Below are positions 52,731-63,030 of a stretch of DNA of 64,000 bases, one piece after another (position 1 is the first letter of the stretch; every line of letters begins with the position of its first letter). The stretch is from the human T2T-CHM13v2.0 reference genome, Homo sapiens. The notes below the pieces were generated by a model. That model ran no database searches. It was not told where the DNA came from and saw only the letters and a list, made by a program, of their open reading frames with translations. The DNA lies in NCBI RefSeq assembly GCF_009914755.1, contig NC_060925.1; one strand, 5' to 3'. The translations under genes and the position numbers were made by a program.

Positions 52731-53944
52731 GGCAGAGTCTGGTGCTCTGACAGCCTCAAGGCCTGTTGGCTATTACAGTTACTATGACTGTTTTATTAGC
52801 TGTGAAGGGACTGGAGGACACGTGTGTGCCTGGAGGCAGGGGCTGGCCCCCCGAGTCCCCGTCCCCCAGTTCCCAGCCTGCAGTCCCCCTCGCTGCTTTC
52901 AGCACCAAGTGATCGACAGGCTGGGCCAGTGGCATCCTGGCAGGCCTGTCCTGGCAGCTGCTCCCACAAGGCGAGGCCCTGTGAGCTGCAGAGAATTAAT
53001 TAGGCTGCATTCCTCTTCCAGGGCTCCTGGCGGGCCCGCACACGGCCCCCTTCTTAGCTGCCGAGGGCTTTTGGCTTGGATCCCTGGCAGGCCAAGGCGA
53101 GGCCCACACTCTGCTCTCCCCTGAGAGGGGCTGGGAGGGCCCTTGTGAGCTGGAAGCATTGGCCGGGAAGGAGCCAACAATAAACCAGCCACCCAAGGCC
53201 AGCTCCCGTCCTGGCTTTCCCTCGTTTAGCAACCTTCGCTGGCTACCTATCACTCAAGTTCAAATTCCTGGCATCGGATGCTATTCCCAGCCTGGCCCCT
53301 GCTGATCAGGCCTGCTGCCCCTCCCTGGACTCTCTCATGCCCTGGCCAGATCTGCCTTACACCATTCCCACCAAGCCCTTTCCCTCATCCCAGCCTGCAC
53401 AAGCCTTGCCAGTCCTTCACCCCCCATCCCACCAGCTACAAGGCCAGCTCCACCTCTGGACCTTCGTTTTGCTCTTGTCTGTCTTCCCTGCCAGGCTGTG
53501 AGACCTGAGTGGGCAGCCAGAGAGGTTTCCAGAGGCCTGAAGCCCTCATGGAGGGCATGCTGGGCATGGTAGTATTTTCCAGGGAGGCATTTTCTGAGGC
53601 TGTGGTGGGGGTGAAAGAGGTGGTGGCCTCTGCTTCCTAGAGCAACCCCATGCCAGATGCTCGGGGCTTGGTCTGGTGCTCAGGCATGCACTGCCCCTTC
53701 CTGCCTGCCCCTTCCAGCCGTTCCCAGGACCTCTCCTTTTACTCCCCAAAAGAGGCTGGGAATAGCTCCCTTCCTATGAAGACAGGAACCTTCACCTATG
53801 CTGTTTCCTCTGCCTGGAATGCTCTTCTCCACCCTCTTCCTTGACCGACTTCCCCCGAGTTGGCCTAGATGTCCCCATCTCCAGGAAGCCACCCTGGGCT
53901 CCCCCTCCTCAGGGGCTCCATCACAGTGTGGACATACCCTATTA

Positions 53945-54165
53945 GAGAGGTAGGATAGCACGGAAGTTAAGAGCCTGGGGTTTAAAACCCAGCTAAGCCA
54001 CATCCTAGCTATATGATTTTGAGCAAGTTACTAACCGCTCTGTGCCTCAGTAACCTTTCCTATCAAATGGAAATAGTAATGACAGAATTTGCTACATAAG
54101 GTTGCTGTAAGGAACCAAGGAGTTAATATGTGGAAAGCACTTAGTAAGTGCTCAGTGAATGTTTG
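53945..54165 (-). mobile_element. MIR
   Basis: gagcaagttactaaccgctctgtgcctcag...atcaaatggaaatagtaat...ggttgctgtaagga...aaagcacttag. Confidence 0.85.
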
Positions 54166-55787
54166 CTGCGATTCTTATCTTCATATTTAACTGTTGTTTT
54201 CTTGAATGACTGTCCTCTTGGCCTATGAGGCAGGAACTGTGTCTGTCTTGCTCACGAGAGTCCTCCCAGGGGTGATTATTCATAACTGTTGAATTAATGG
54301 ATGGCCACATTCCAATAGTTTGTCACCGTGATTAGGCAAATGACTTTTCTGAACTGAAGACTTAGCTACCTGGACTCTATTTTCAATGAGAGAAAGAGAG
54401 AGAGAGAGAATTCCACAGGGCTCTTTCCTGAGTGAGGGCTGTGGAGAGGCTGCGAAGGGCCCCGTCTGCAGCCTCACAGCCCTGGACACAGGACCTAACT
54501 GCTCTCTGCCTCAGCTTCCTCCTGTCCACATAATCCGAATAAATCTGGGTCATCCTGTGCCCCCTTCTGGCCTGTCTCTGCCTAGTGTTCCAGTTAAAAG
54601 GAACACAAATTTGACTCAAAAAGCCTTGAAAAACGCTTGTTCTATATTTATGGAAAAGGCAGGAGGAGGGGAGATTTTGTCCCAGAAAACCCAAGTTTCC
54701 TGAAGCTTAGATGCCTTCTTCCCAGGGTTCGGTTTGACCTGGTAGCTGCTCCTTGTAGCTTTTTCTCTACTTCTTTCCAAACTCTAGCCCACCTTCCCCA
54801 ACATGGCTGAAGTCCCAACTACCTGGAGTGTGGGCTGGAAGCAAGGACAGACTTCGGACATATGTGGCCCTGTGGCCCTGCAAACTTTTTGTCCCATAGA
54901 GAGGTATGGCTGGATGAGGGCCAGAACAGGGCCCCCCTGCAGTGCAGGGCCCCAGCCAGAGGCCCCTGTTTCCAAGGTGTATGGGTCTAAAGGACTGTAG
55001 TGTCACCCTTACCTGTCCCTGCCTTCTGGGCCTCCTCTACTACTTTAATCATCTCTGTTGCTCAATCATCTGGGTCACTGATCTCTGAACCCTGGCCAGG
55101 GTCCCCGGGGCCTGTGCCAAGGGCGGTGAATGCTTCCCTCCAACACACCCTCCGCCAGGTTTTCCTCATGCTGCTGCCAGGCCTCTGTCATAGCTGCGGC
55201 CCTAAGGCTGCCTTACCCAGCTGCCTGGCCTGGCCATGGGCTGTTGCATTTGAGTTTTTCAGGGGCAGGGTCATGTTGAATGGGAGCCTGTGATGCACTC
55301 CCAGGGAGCGAGGCTCCCCTGGCATCAAGCTCAGCTGAAACGTGAGAAGTGCGCTCTGGCCCTGGGCTGGAGTAGGCAACAAGTGCCTGGGCTGACCCCG
55401 TGACACCAGCCTCATCACCAGGATGCGCGGAGGATCCCTAAGGACTTATGATGACTGCTTCTCTGCCACTGGTCTCCTCATTCACTCAGCTCTGGCCAGC
55501 CCTCTGTGGCATATTTCCAAAGCTCAGCTCTGCCGAGGTCCCCTGCTGCTCACAGAGCTTTGTGGCTTCCTGTGGCCCACAAGGGGAAGTCGAGGCTCCT
55601 AACCTTGACCTTCAAGGCCTCTCTGGCTTTGTGTCCTGCTGCTGCCCCCTTGCCATGGTCCAGACACCTGAGGCCCCTCCTAAGGAAGCTTCTTTGTTAC
55701 TCCCACTTCCATACTTTCATCCTCCCCGCTCCCTCTGCCTGGAATTCCCTCCCTATTTTCTTTCTATGTATTCAAGTCATTTGAGTG

Positions 55788-56097
55788 TTTCTTTTTCTTT
55801 TTCTTTTAAGCCAGGTCCTCCCTGTGGTGCCCAGGCTGCAGTGCAGTGGCACGACCATAGTTCACTGTAGCCTCGAGCTCCTGGGCTCAAGCAATCCTCT
55901 GGCCTCAGCCTCCTGAGTAGCTGGGACCACAGGTGTGCACCACCTCACCCAGCTAATTAAAAACATTTTTTTTTTTTTGTAGATACAGGGTCTCCCTATA
56001 TTGCCCAGGCTGGTCTTGAACTGCTGGAGTCAAGTCATCCTCCCACCTTGGCCTCTTAAAGTGCTGGGATTATAGTCGTGAGTTGCCACCCCTGGCC
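55788..56097 (-). mobile_element. AluJ within an L2 remnant
   Basis: Antisense dimer; TSD-like TTTGAGTGTTTCT / TTTGAGTCTTTCT. Confidence 0.9.
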
Positions 56098-56969
56098 TCT
56101 TTTGAGTCTTTCTATTTATTTTGCATATCTTTTGAGGCCACAAGAGTAGCACCTTTGTCCAGACTCTTCCTATGACCACCCACCTCCACCCCAGCTAGCC
56201 CCCATCTTGCCCCCCCATCAGGCCCCTTAGTTCTGTCCCCGTCCCACTCATTCCATAATCACCATTGCCAGCCCCACAAGCAGCCTCTGCCTCTTGTCAG
56301 GCCTTGGGCTGAGCCTGGTACCATCACTTCTCTGCTTAGTGCCCACAGCAACTCTGCGACGTGGGGACAATTGCTTCCCATTTTCTAGATGAAGAAAACT
56401 GAGGTTCAGAAACTGAAAGAGATTTGTTCAACATCATACTGCAGTGGTGACTCATGAATTCAATCAGCAAGTATTTATCATGTCCAAAGCCCAAGGTGAG
56501 GGGCCAAGCCAGGGCCAAGCTGTGGCTCCATCACAGCACCCCTCACTGACCAGTGGGGCACCCACAGCCTTGGGGTTCACCTGGTCTTCTCCCTCGCTGG
56601 ACAGCTTTGCTCTGAGCCTTACTGTCAGCCTCTGCTGGGACAGAGCCGCTGGGGCGATGAGTCCCTCCACCCTCGTGTCTTGGCTTCTTCCACACACGCT
56701 CCTGGAAAAGGGATGGCCGTTGATTACTGGCCTGATGAGAACATAGCTCCTGGAATCCTGACGTCACAGCTGCAGGTGGCTGTCGAGGCACATGACAGAC
56801 AAAAGCCCAGAGAGGGCAGGCTAGCAGCCAGAGACACCCAGCAAGGGTGGGAGTGGAACCCAGCGCTCTAGCCACCTGCCCCAGCCCTTTCCTTCTTGTG
56901 TCCTCCAACTTCCAAGCGGCCCCTTCTTGAGAGAAGCCTCCAACACCCTGCCTTGGCCAAGACAAAAAA

Positions 56970-57609
56970 CCAGAGTATGTTTCCTCATTTATTATAAACA
57001 CAAGTTCGCAGGTAAATAGAGGGTCTAAAAAATACATTAAAATAAATAATTGGGATTCTCAAAGTTCTTAGGGCAAATAAGTTATATACAGACAGGAAAA
57101 GCAGAGCAGGCCCTTCTCACTGGGAGGGTCCCGAGGGAATGAGGGTGCAAGAACTCTGGGGAGGGAAAGCTGGAGAGGACACAGCCAGCCAGGATGCCAG
57201 CCTCAGGGGAGCCATCCAGCCTCCAGGGCTGGCTGAGGCATGCGTGTTCGTGGCTGCACGGTTGCTCCTGGTTTGTAGCCCAGCAGACAGGACACTCCTC
57301 AGGACGCAGCCTCCAGATGAATGTACTCCCCATGCAGTTCTTCCAGCAGAGCTGTGGGCCAGCAGCCAGCACTGGAGGCTGCTCCGCAGTCTGGAGGCCG
57401 AGGGCTTCCCTGGGCAGTGCGAGGACACAGAACTGCCTTGGACGAGGCTCCCTCACCAGGGAGCTTGTGCCAATCCTGGCAAATGGGTCCAGCTGTCTGG
57501 GACCAAGGCCCCGGTCCAGGAAGCAGGCAGAGAGTCCACAAGCCCTGGCCACTTCTCTCCTCCTCTCTCCCCGCGGGCTTCCTTCCCAATGTTCCTCCAG
57601 CTCACGACA
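56970..57609 (-). other. EDN2: EDN2 3' UTR with terminal AU-rich segment
   Basis: Lies between the stop codon and the poly(A) signal; ATTTA motifs on the minus strand at about 57043-57047 and 57013-57017 in a U-rich context; 3' end approximate. Confidence 0.85.
56988..56993 (-). terminator. EDN2: EDN2 polyadenylation signal AATAAA
   Basis: TTTATT on plus strand; U/GU-rich downstream element TTTTTTGTCTTGG about 20-30 nt further 3' on the minus strand. Confidence 0.9.
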
Positions 57610-57703
57610 CTATCTCTTCCTCCACCTGGAATGTGTGGACCGAGGCTCCCGCATGGCCTCCTGTTGTCGCTTGGCAAAGAGGCTCTTGACTGTGGAAATG
57701 TCC
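57610..57703 (-). CDS. EDN2: Endothelin-2 precursor, exon 5 coding part to TAG stop
   Basis: Acceptor TTCCCAG|; DISTVKSLFAKRQQEAMREPRSTHSRWRKR*; total CDS 64+157+123+99+94=537 nt = 178 aa + stop. Confidence 0.96.
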
Positions 57704-58619
57704 CTGGGAATCAAGAAGGGTCAACTTAGCATCTCAGGAGATATGGACTGTCCAAGAGCTCCCCATGAGAGCAGGGGCAATGGGGCTACAGCCCTTGCCC
57801 AGATCCTGGGGTCACAGCGGCCCTGGGGTCAGACAGTGACCACAGCCTGAAAACAAGGTCTGCACAACCAGCGCAGGCCAGCCCAGGCGTTGAAGCTTCT
57901 CTGCACATGGGGGCTTTGACAGAGCTAAGGTTCAACATCAAATGCTGCCAGAATGAGTGGACAGCCAAGCACAGCCCTGTGGGTCTCCCGTCATCTGCCT
58001 TCCCACTTCTTTCCACAGCTTTCCACACCTTTGCTCCTGCTCTTCCCTCCAGGCTGTGTGTATTCCCCTCACCCAGAAGCCACCTGCTACAATTCTACTC
58101 ATTCTTCGAGGTCCAGTTCAAGGTAGTCCAGCCCAGAAAACAGGGCACCCCGCTGCCCTTTGAACCTGGCTGGGTGGCCACATCCTGGCTCAAAGAACTC
58201 TAAACTGGGAGCCAGGAGGCTGGCTTCAGTTCCTAGCTAAGGAAACTTGGGCAACAATCTCAGCCTCTCTGATCCCCTTTCTTAGCTTGTAAAACAAAAA
58301 CAGGCCTGAACTGCTGAGAATGAGTACAAGGTTGGCCGAGCCAGCTCTGCACACTATGAAGTGTGCGCTTTTGAAAAGTCTTGTACTCATATTTTTCATT
58401 CTCAGAAAGTTCCTAAGTATATGTTGGGTCCCGTCCATCCCACCATCCTGCCTTTTCTCCTGTTTTTCTGCCGCCCCCAAAAGGTGAGAATCTCTGAAGG
58501 GCTGAGCTGGGCCCTGGGACCTGGCCAGCTGTGAGGAACCCTCAGTGACAGAAGTGGGAATGGCAAACCCCTCCACAGCTCCCACGGGCACAGACCCTGG
58601 TCTACACACTTCATGTGCG

Positions 58620-58790
58620 TCCACTCATCTGACCTCACAGCAACCCCAGGCGGGGATGGATGGCACAATTTCCCTGTTTCTCCTGTTCAAATCATAGGAA
58701 CTAGAGGCACAGTGAAGTTGAGGGGCAAACCCAAGGTCACAAAGCTTGTACCAGGCTGGGCTGGGGTTCAGATCAAGCAGTCTGCCCCAG
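58620..58790 (+). mobile_element. MIR in EDN2 intron 4
   Basis: ctcacagcaacccc...ggaactagaggcacag...cccaaggtcacaaagcttgta...ggttcagatc. Confidence 0.65.
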
Positions 58791-59295
58791 AGGCTGCCCC
58801 TACAGCCACTCTGCTGCCCGGCAGGTGCAAGTGTCTGTTCTTGAGTTGGTTTGGTTGAACAAGCATTCGTGGGCACCTCCTGGGGGCCAGGTCTGACTCA
58901 CACTGAGGCACCAGGGAGGAGATGCAATCTGGGCAGCAGAGAGGGAGCAGGCTGGGCAGTTGGCCCCTCTGGACCCCAGCATGTGTGAGATGCTCCATTC
59001 AGCACAGCCTGAACGAACAACTGTGGTCCTTCCCAGTCATGAGCCTTCAAACCCTCTAAAAAGTCCACTTCCAGGCCTAGTGGTAACAAAGAGCACAGTG
59101 GGTAAGAGCACAGACTCTGGGGTCAGCCAGATGCCGCTGACTGCTGTGTGACTTTGGGCAAGTGGCTTTCCCTCTCTGAGCCTCAGTTCTCTTTGCTGCC
59201 CAATGAGGACCCAGGCCTGCCTCACATAGAAAATATGGGAAATGTGCAAGGCATACAGGAGGTGCTCAGTCTGTGCATGTGTCCCACGCCCTCAC

Positions 59296-59394
59296 CTCAG
59301 CCTTTGGAGAAGCTCTCCTGTAGTGGCCCCTGTCTTGCCAGTCTGGAACACGTCTGCAGGGGACTTCCGGCTTGGGACTGCCCCGGCTTCAGTC
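59296..59394 (-). CDS. EDN2: Endothelin-2 precursor, exon 4
   Basis: Acceptor ACGTAG|, 99 nt, donor AG|GTGAG; translation TEAGAVPSRKSPADVFQTGKTGATTGELLQRLR in frame. Confidence 0.95.
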
Positions 59395-59743
59395 CTACGT
59401 GAATAGCATTAGGGCCCAAGTGATGGACTGCCCAGGGCCCTGAAGCTACCTGGCTGCAGGCCCAGCCCAGCCCCCACCCCTTCCCCATCCCCACCTGCCT
59501 GCGGGAGCAGATCCATTTCCACCCCTGTGCACCTGGCATCTTTCCCTTTCCAGGTGGGGTGGGGACTGAGGAAAACTGAGCTACCAGGAATGTGTTCTTA
59601 GCCCCAGAAAGAGGCAGCTTTTTTGGCCTTCCCAGAATCTGGCCACCTGCAGCTGCAGGGGAAACTGAGGCAGGGGCGGGGCCTCAGCTTGAGACCCAGA
59701 GGAGGAGTTTCTCGTAAACCATCATGGGAACTGGAGCTTGGGA

Positions 59744-60042
<299 letters not shown>

Positions 60043-60667
60043 GGAAGCTTGGGACTTTGAAGCCAGTTTGGTTTTCCCAAATTCTCCATGTGGGTGAGGG
60101 AAGGAACAAAGCCTCCCACCACTTTACAGATGGGAAAACTTAGGCTCAGGTAAGATAGGAGACATGGCAAAGGCTCCCCAGCAACTCTGGGGCCACCCTG
60201 GGATGGTGACATGGCTTCCCAACTCCAGATGCCATTTCTTCCCCGAGCAAGCTCCAAAGTCCCCCTGAACCTCAGGTCGGAATCCAAAGCCCAGTAGGAC
60301 TCGATCAGACAGACTCAGGCCCAAGGCCTGGCCCTCCTTCTGACAAGCTATGCAGCCTGACGTGTCCTGCCCCCTCTCTGGGCCTGAGCTGCCTCAGCTG
60401 TCACTGGCAGACTCTCTCCTGCCCAGGAGTGAGGACATGAGTGTTCCCAGAAGCCCCCAGAGCTGGGCACCGGGAGGCCCCCATGGGTGACTGGTTCCTG
60501 CAAGAAGGGATGGTGCCATGGACCCAAAGCAGCCTGTGGGCCCCTGGGTCGCTTCTCACCCCCAACTTGCCAGTTCGCTCCTCTGCTAGTCTCCCAGACA
60601 CCTGCTCCCCAGGGCATGCCCGGGCTTGCAGCTACCCTATGCCCCTGCAGGCTGGGTGCCCACCTAC

Positions 60668-60790
60668 CAGGGCCTTCGAAGGCAGAAGGTGGCACAGGCG
60701 GGGTCCCTGGCACTGGAGCACTGACAGCGCCTTGGCAGGGAGCGGCGCCGGCGTCTTGGCGGGTTTCCCAGGCCGTAAGGAGCTGTCTGT
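60668..60790 (-). CDS. EDN2: Endothelin-2 precursor, exon 3 (big ET-2 C-terminus, RRRRR, endothelin-like peptide [15 protein letters not shown])
   Basis: Acceptor CCCACAG|, 123 nt, donor TG|GTAGG; translation [41 protein letters not shown] continues the frame from exon 2. Confidence 0.98.
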
Positions 60791-61326
60791 CTGTGGGCGG
60801 GCAGCCAGCAAGGTAGTGGTGTGGGGTGGAGAGAAAGAGAGAGAGAGAAAAAAATAAAGAGAGAGAGGATTAAATAAACCACAACCATTGGCAAGCAGGG
60901 ACTGTCCACACTGCCCACTGGGACAGCCACCCATGCCAGCAGGGTGCCAATGAAAGGTGACCAGCCCTTGACCTCAAGAAGTCACACCACTGAAGTCACA
61001 GGCTACTCCACAAGGGTCCTGGTAGCCCTTGGCAAGACCCTCCCCTTCTCTGGGCCTGGCTTGGCTCACTGAGAGCTCCCAGCATGGGGGCAAGGAAATC
61101 TGTGATCCTACCTGAAGTTGGGAATTGGGAACCTCCTAGTCTCTCTCCCCTCTCAGACAGGCTGGTCCCCCTGTTCTCAAAGAAGGCTCTCAGCTAGCTC
61201 TGGAGGAAGGGCGGCCACTCCATCTCACAGAAGTAAACACAGGCTCATAGCTAAGCTGCCCCCATCTGGTCCCCACTTGCCTGGAGGGGTAACACATGTG
61301 CCTTAGAGGCTTGACTTGAAAGTGGG

Positions 61327-61350
61327 GTGTGTGTGTGTGTGTGTGTGTGT
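61327..61350. repeat. (GT)12 microsatellite in EDN2 intron 2
   Basis: Uninterrupted GT dinucleotide run. Confidence 0.95.
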
Positions 61351-62252
61351 TCAGATGGGATTAATTTCAGATTCAGAGTCTGATCAAGCGGGCCAGGGGA
61401 ATGGCAGGGGCCCTGTGGCTGGCTAGACCAGCACTTTCGAGTGACAGAGCTAATTTTAGATGGTGTGGTTGGAGTCGCAGTGACTCCAGGTAGACTCAGC
61501 ACGCAGGGACTGGCAGGGTTCCCGCCCTAAGCAAGTGTTTGGATGCGGATTAGCTTCACACACGCTTACGTGCAGGGCTTCTCTTGCCTTTTGCAATTTG
61601 GGGAGGGGAAAAAATCACAAACACACACAGAAACTTCAACTGAAGGTATGCAGTGGCCTGGAGGCAGTGCGGGTGCAGGCGGAACAGACAGCACGGGGCT
61701 CCCACCCGGGTGTAGCCAGTAGCACAGGGCAGGTTCTCATCTGTCGTTTGAGGGACTATCCTGCCTTATGGGGAGGATGGGGGGGCTCCTGAGATGATCA
61801 TGCACGTGCAGTGCTTGGCAAAGAGCCTGGCATAGTCAAAGCACGGGTGCTGTCACTAATCGTATTATTATTGGAAGAGCATGCAGAGGCAGCATGACAG
61901 AGACTGTGAGCTCCGGCATTCCCCAACCGAGGATGGTGCCTACCCTTACAATTACCTGTGTGATCTTGGGGGAGGCGCTTAAGCTCTCTGAGCCTCAGCA
62001 CTTGAATCTGGAAAACGGGGCCAACACTTGCTTACCAGGCTGTCTTAAGAATTCTCAGAAGACAGCCCTCTCTATGGCTCAGGTGGTCCCCACTCAGGAA
62101 TTGAAACAATTAACTATTGATATTAGCCAATGCCTCCATCTGGAGGCCCAGGGAGAGATGGACTGTGTCAACGTTCCCTAGCATGCCAGTAGCTTCCACC
62201 CTGACACCCTGCCCCAGAGCTCCCCCTGCCCCCAATCCCCATGGATGCTCAC

Positions 62253-62409
62253 TCAGGAGTGTTCACCCAGATGATGTCCAAGTGGCAGAAGTAGACGCAC
62301 TCCTTGTCGAGCCAGGAGCTGCAGGAGCAACGGCGAAGCCGAAGGTGGGTGCCTTGGGCATGAGATGAGGACGCTGGCTGCTCCAGGGTGGCAGCAGCCT
62401 GGCCCTTCC
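62253..62409 (-). CDS. EDN2: Endothelin-2 precursor, exon 2 (mature ET-2 [21 protein letters not shown])
   Basis: Acceptor CAG| at 62410; 157 nt; furin site RLRR precedes the 21-aa ET-2 (W6/L7 distinguish it from ET-1); ECE cleavage W-V; donor GA|GTGAG. Confidence 0.99.
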
Positions 62410-62743
62410 CTGCATGCACAGGAGGGAGAGAGAGGTGGAGAGGTGGGTTGGGGTGCCTGGCACATCCCAGAGTGGGGGACCCACCATGCCCCTCCTCTTG
62501 CATAATTGAGGGAGTTGGCACTCTTGCTGCTCAAGAGCTCCAGGCCAGCCCAGGGAAGTCCCAGCAGCCCGTGGGGAGCCTGGGCACCTCTGTATTTGCA
62601 GAACCTTTCCCCTGCCACCACTGCCGCCAGGCTCCCGCCCCTGTCTGCCCCCAGCTGGCTTGGGAGGCACTGCAGCCCTAGAGGGAGACAGAGATAGGCA
62701 GACCCAGGAGCTGTAGGCAGCAGGTGAGGCCAGGGCAGCTCAC

Positions 62744-62807
62744 CTTCATGCAGGGCCACGAGCAGGGCTAGCGCAACGGAGCACCAGGTGGTAGGCACGG
62801 AGACCAT
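62744..62807 (-). CDS. EDN2: Endothelin-2 precursor, coding exon 1 (signal peptide MVSVPTTWCSVALALLVALHE)
   Basis: ATG at 62807-62805 in context GCCGCTATGG; 64 nt; donor G|GTGAG at 62743; hydrophobic signal peptide matching preproendothelin-2. Confidence 0.98.
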
Positions 62808-62879
62808 AGCGGCGGTGGAGCGCGCAGGCTGGACTGGAGCAGGGAGCGCCTGTTGCCAGCGTCCTGCTATTAAGCTGAG

Positions 62880-63030
62880 CAGATAGCTCATTGCCTCGGT
62901 GCCCTGGCTGCCTCTTATACCAGGCACGGTGCCCCACCCCTTCTGGTCCAGCCCTGCCCCGCTGCACCGGCGGGCTGGGAGCCAGGGACACCGCCTCCTC
63001 CCCGGGCGCCTGGCCCGACCCAGCCTCTGC
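62880..63030 (-). promoter_or_regulatory. EDN2: EDN2 core promoter: TATA box (TATAAGAG, 62919-62912) in a GC/CpG-rich region; TSS about 62885-62890
   Basis: TATAA about 110 nt upstream of the start ATG; CpG-rich sequence from about 62750 to 63020. Confidence 0.8.

Noticed and set aside
52897-53005. RE1-like half site TTCAGCACC and AATTAATT homeodomain palindrome
   Set aside because: The RE1 right half is mismatched and mis-spaced; the short AT palindrome is expected by chance
57082-57850. Overlapping 150-218 aa ORFs antisense to or within EDN2 exon 5 and 3' UTR
   Set aside because: GC-rich stop-poor sequence with no recognisable domains
59395-59415. Possible U12-type intron (short branch-to-AG distance, no pyrimidine tract)
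   Set aside because: The intron 3 donor is GTAGGT, not GTATCCT, and the branch lacks TCCTTAAC
62253-62927. 224-aa ORF running through the EDN2 start
   Set aside because: Reads through intron 1 and leaves exon 2 in the wrong frame; the true CDS is spliced
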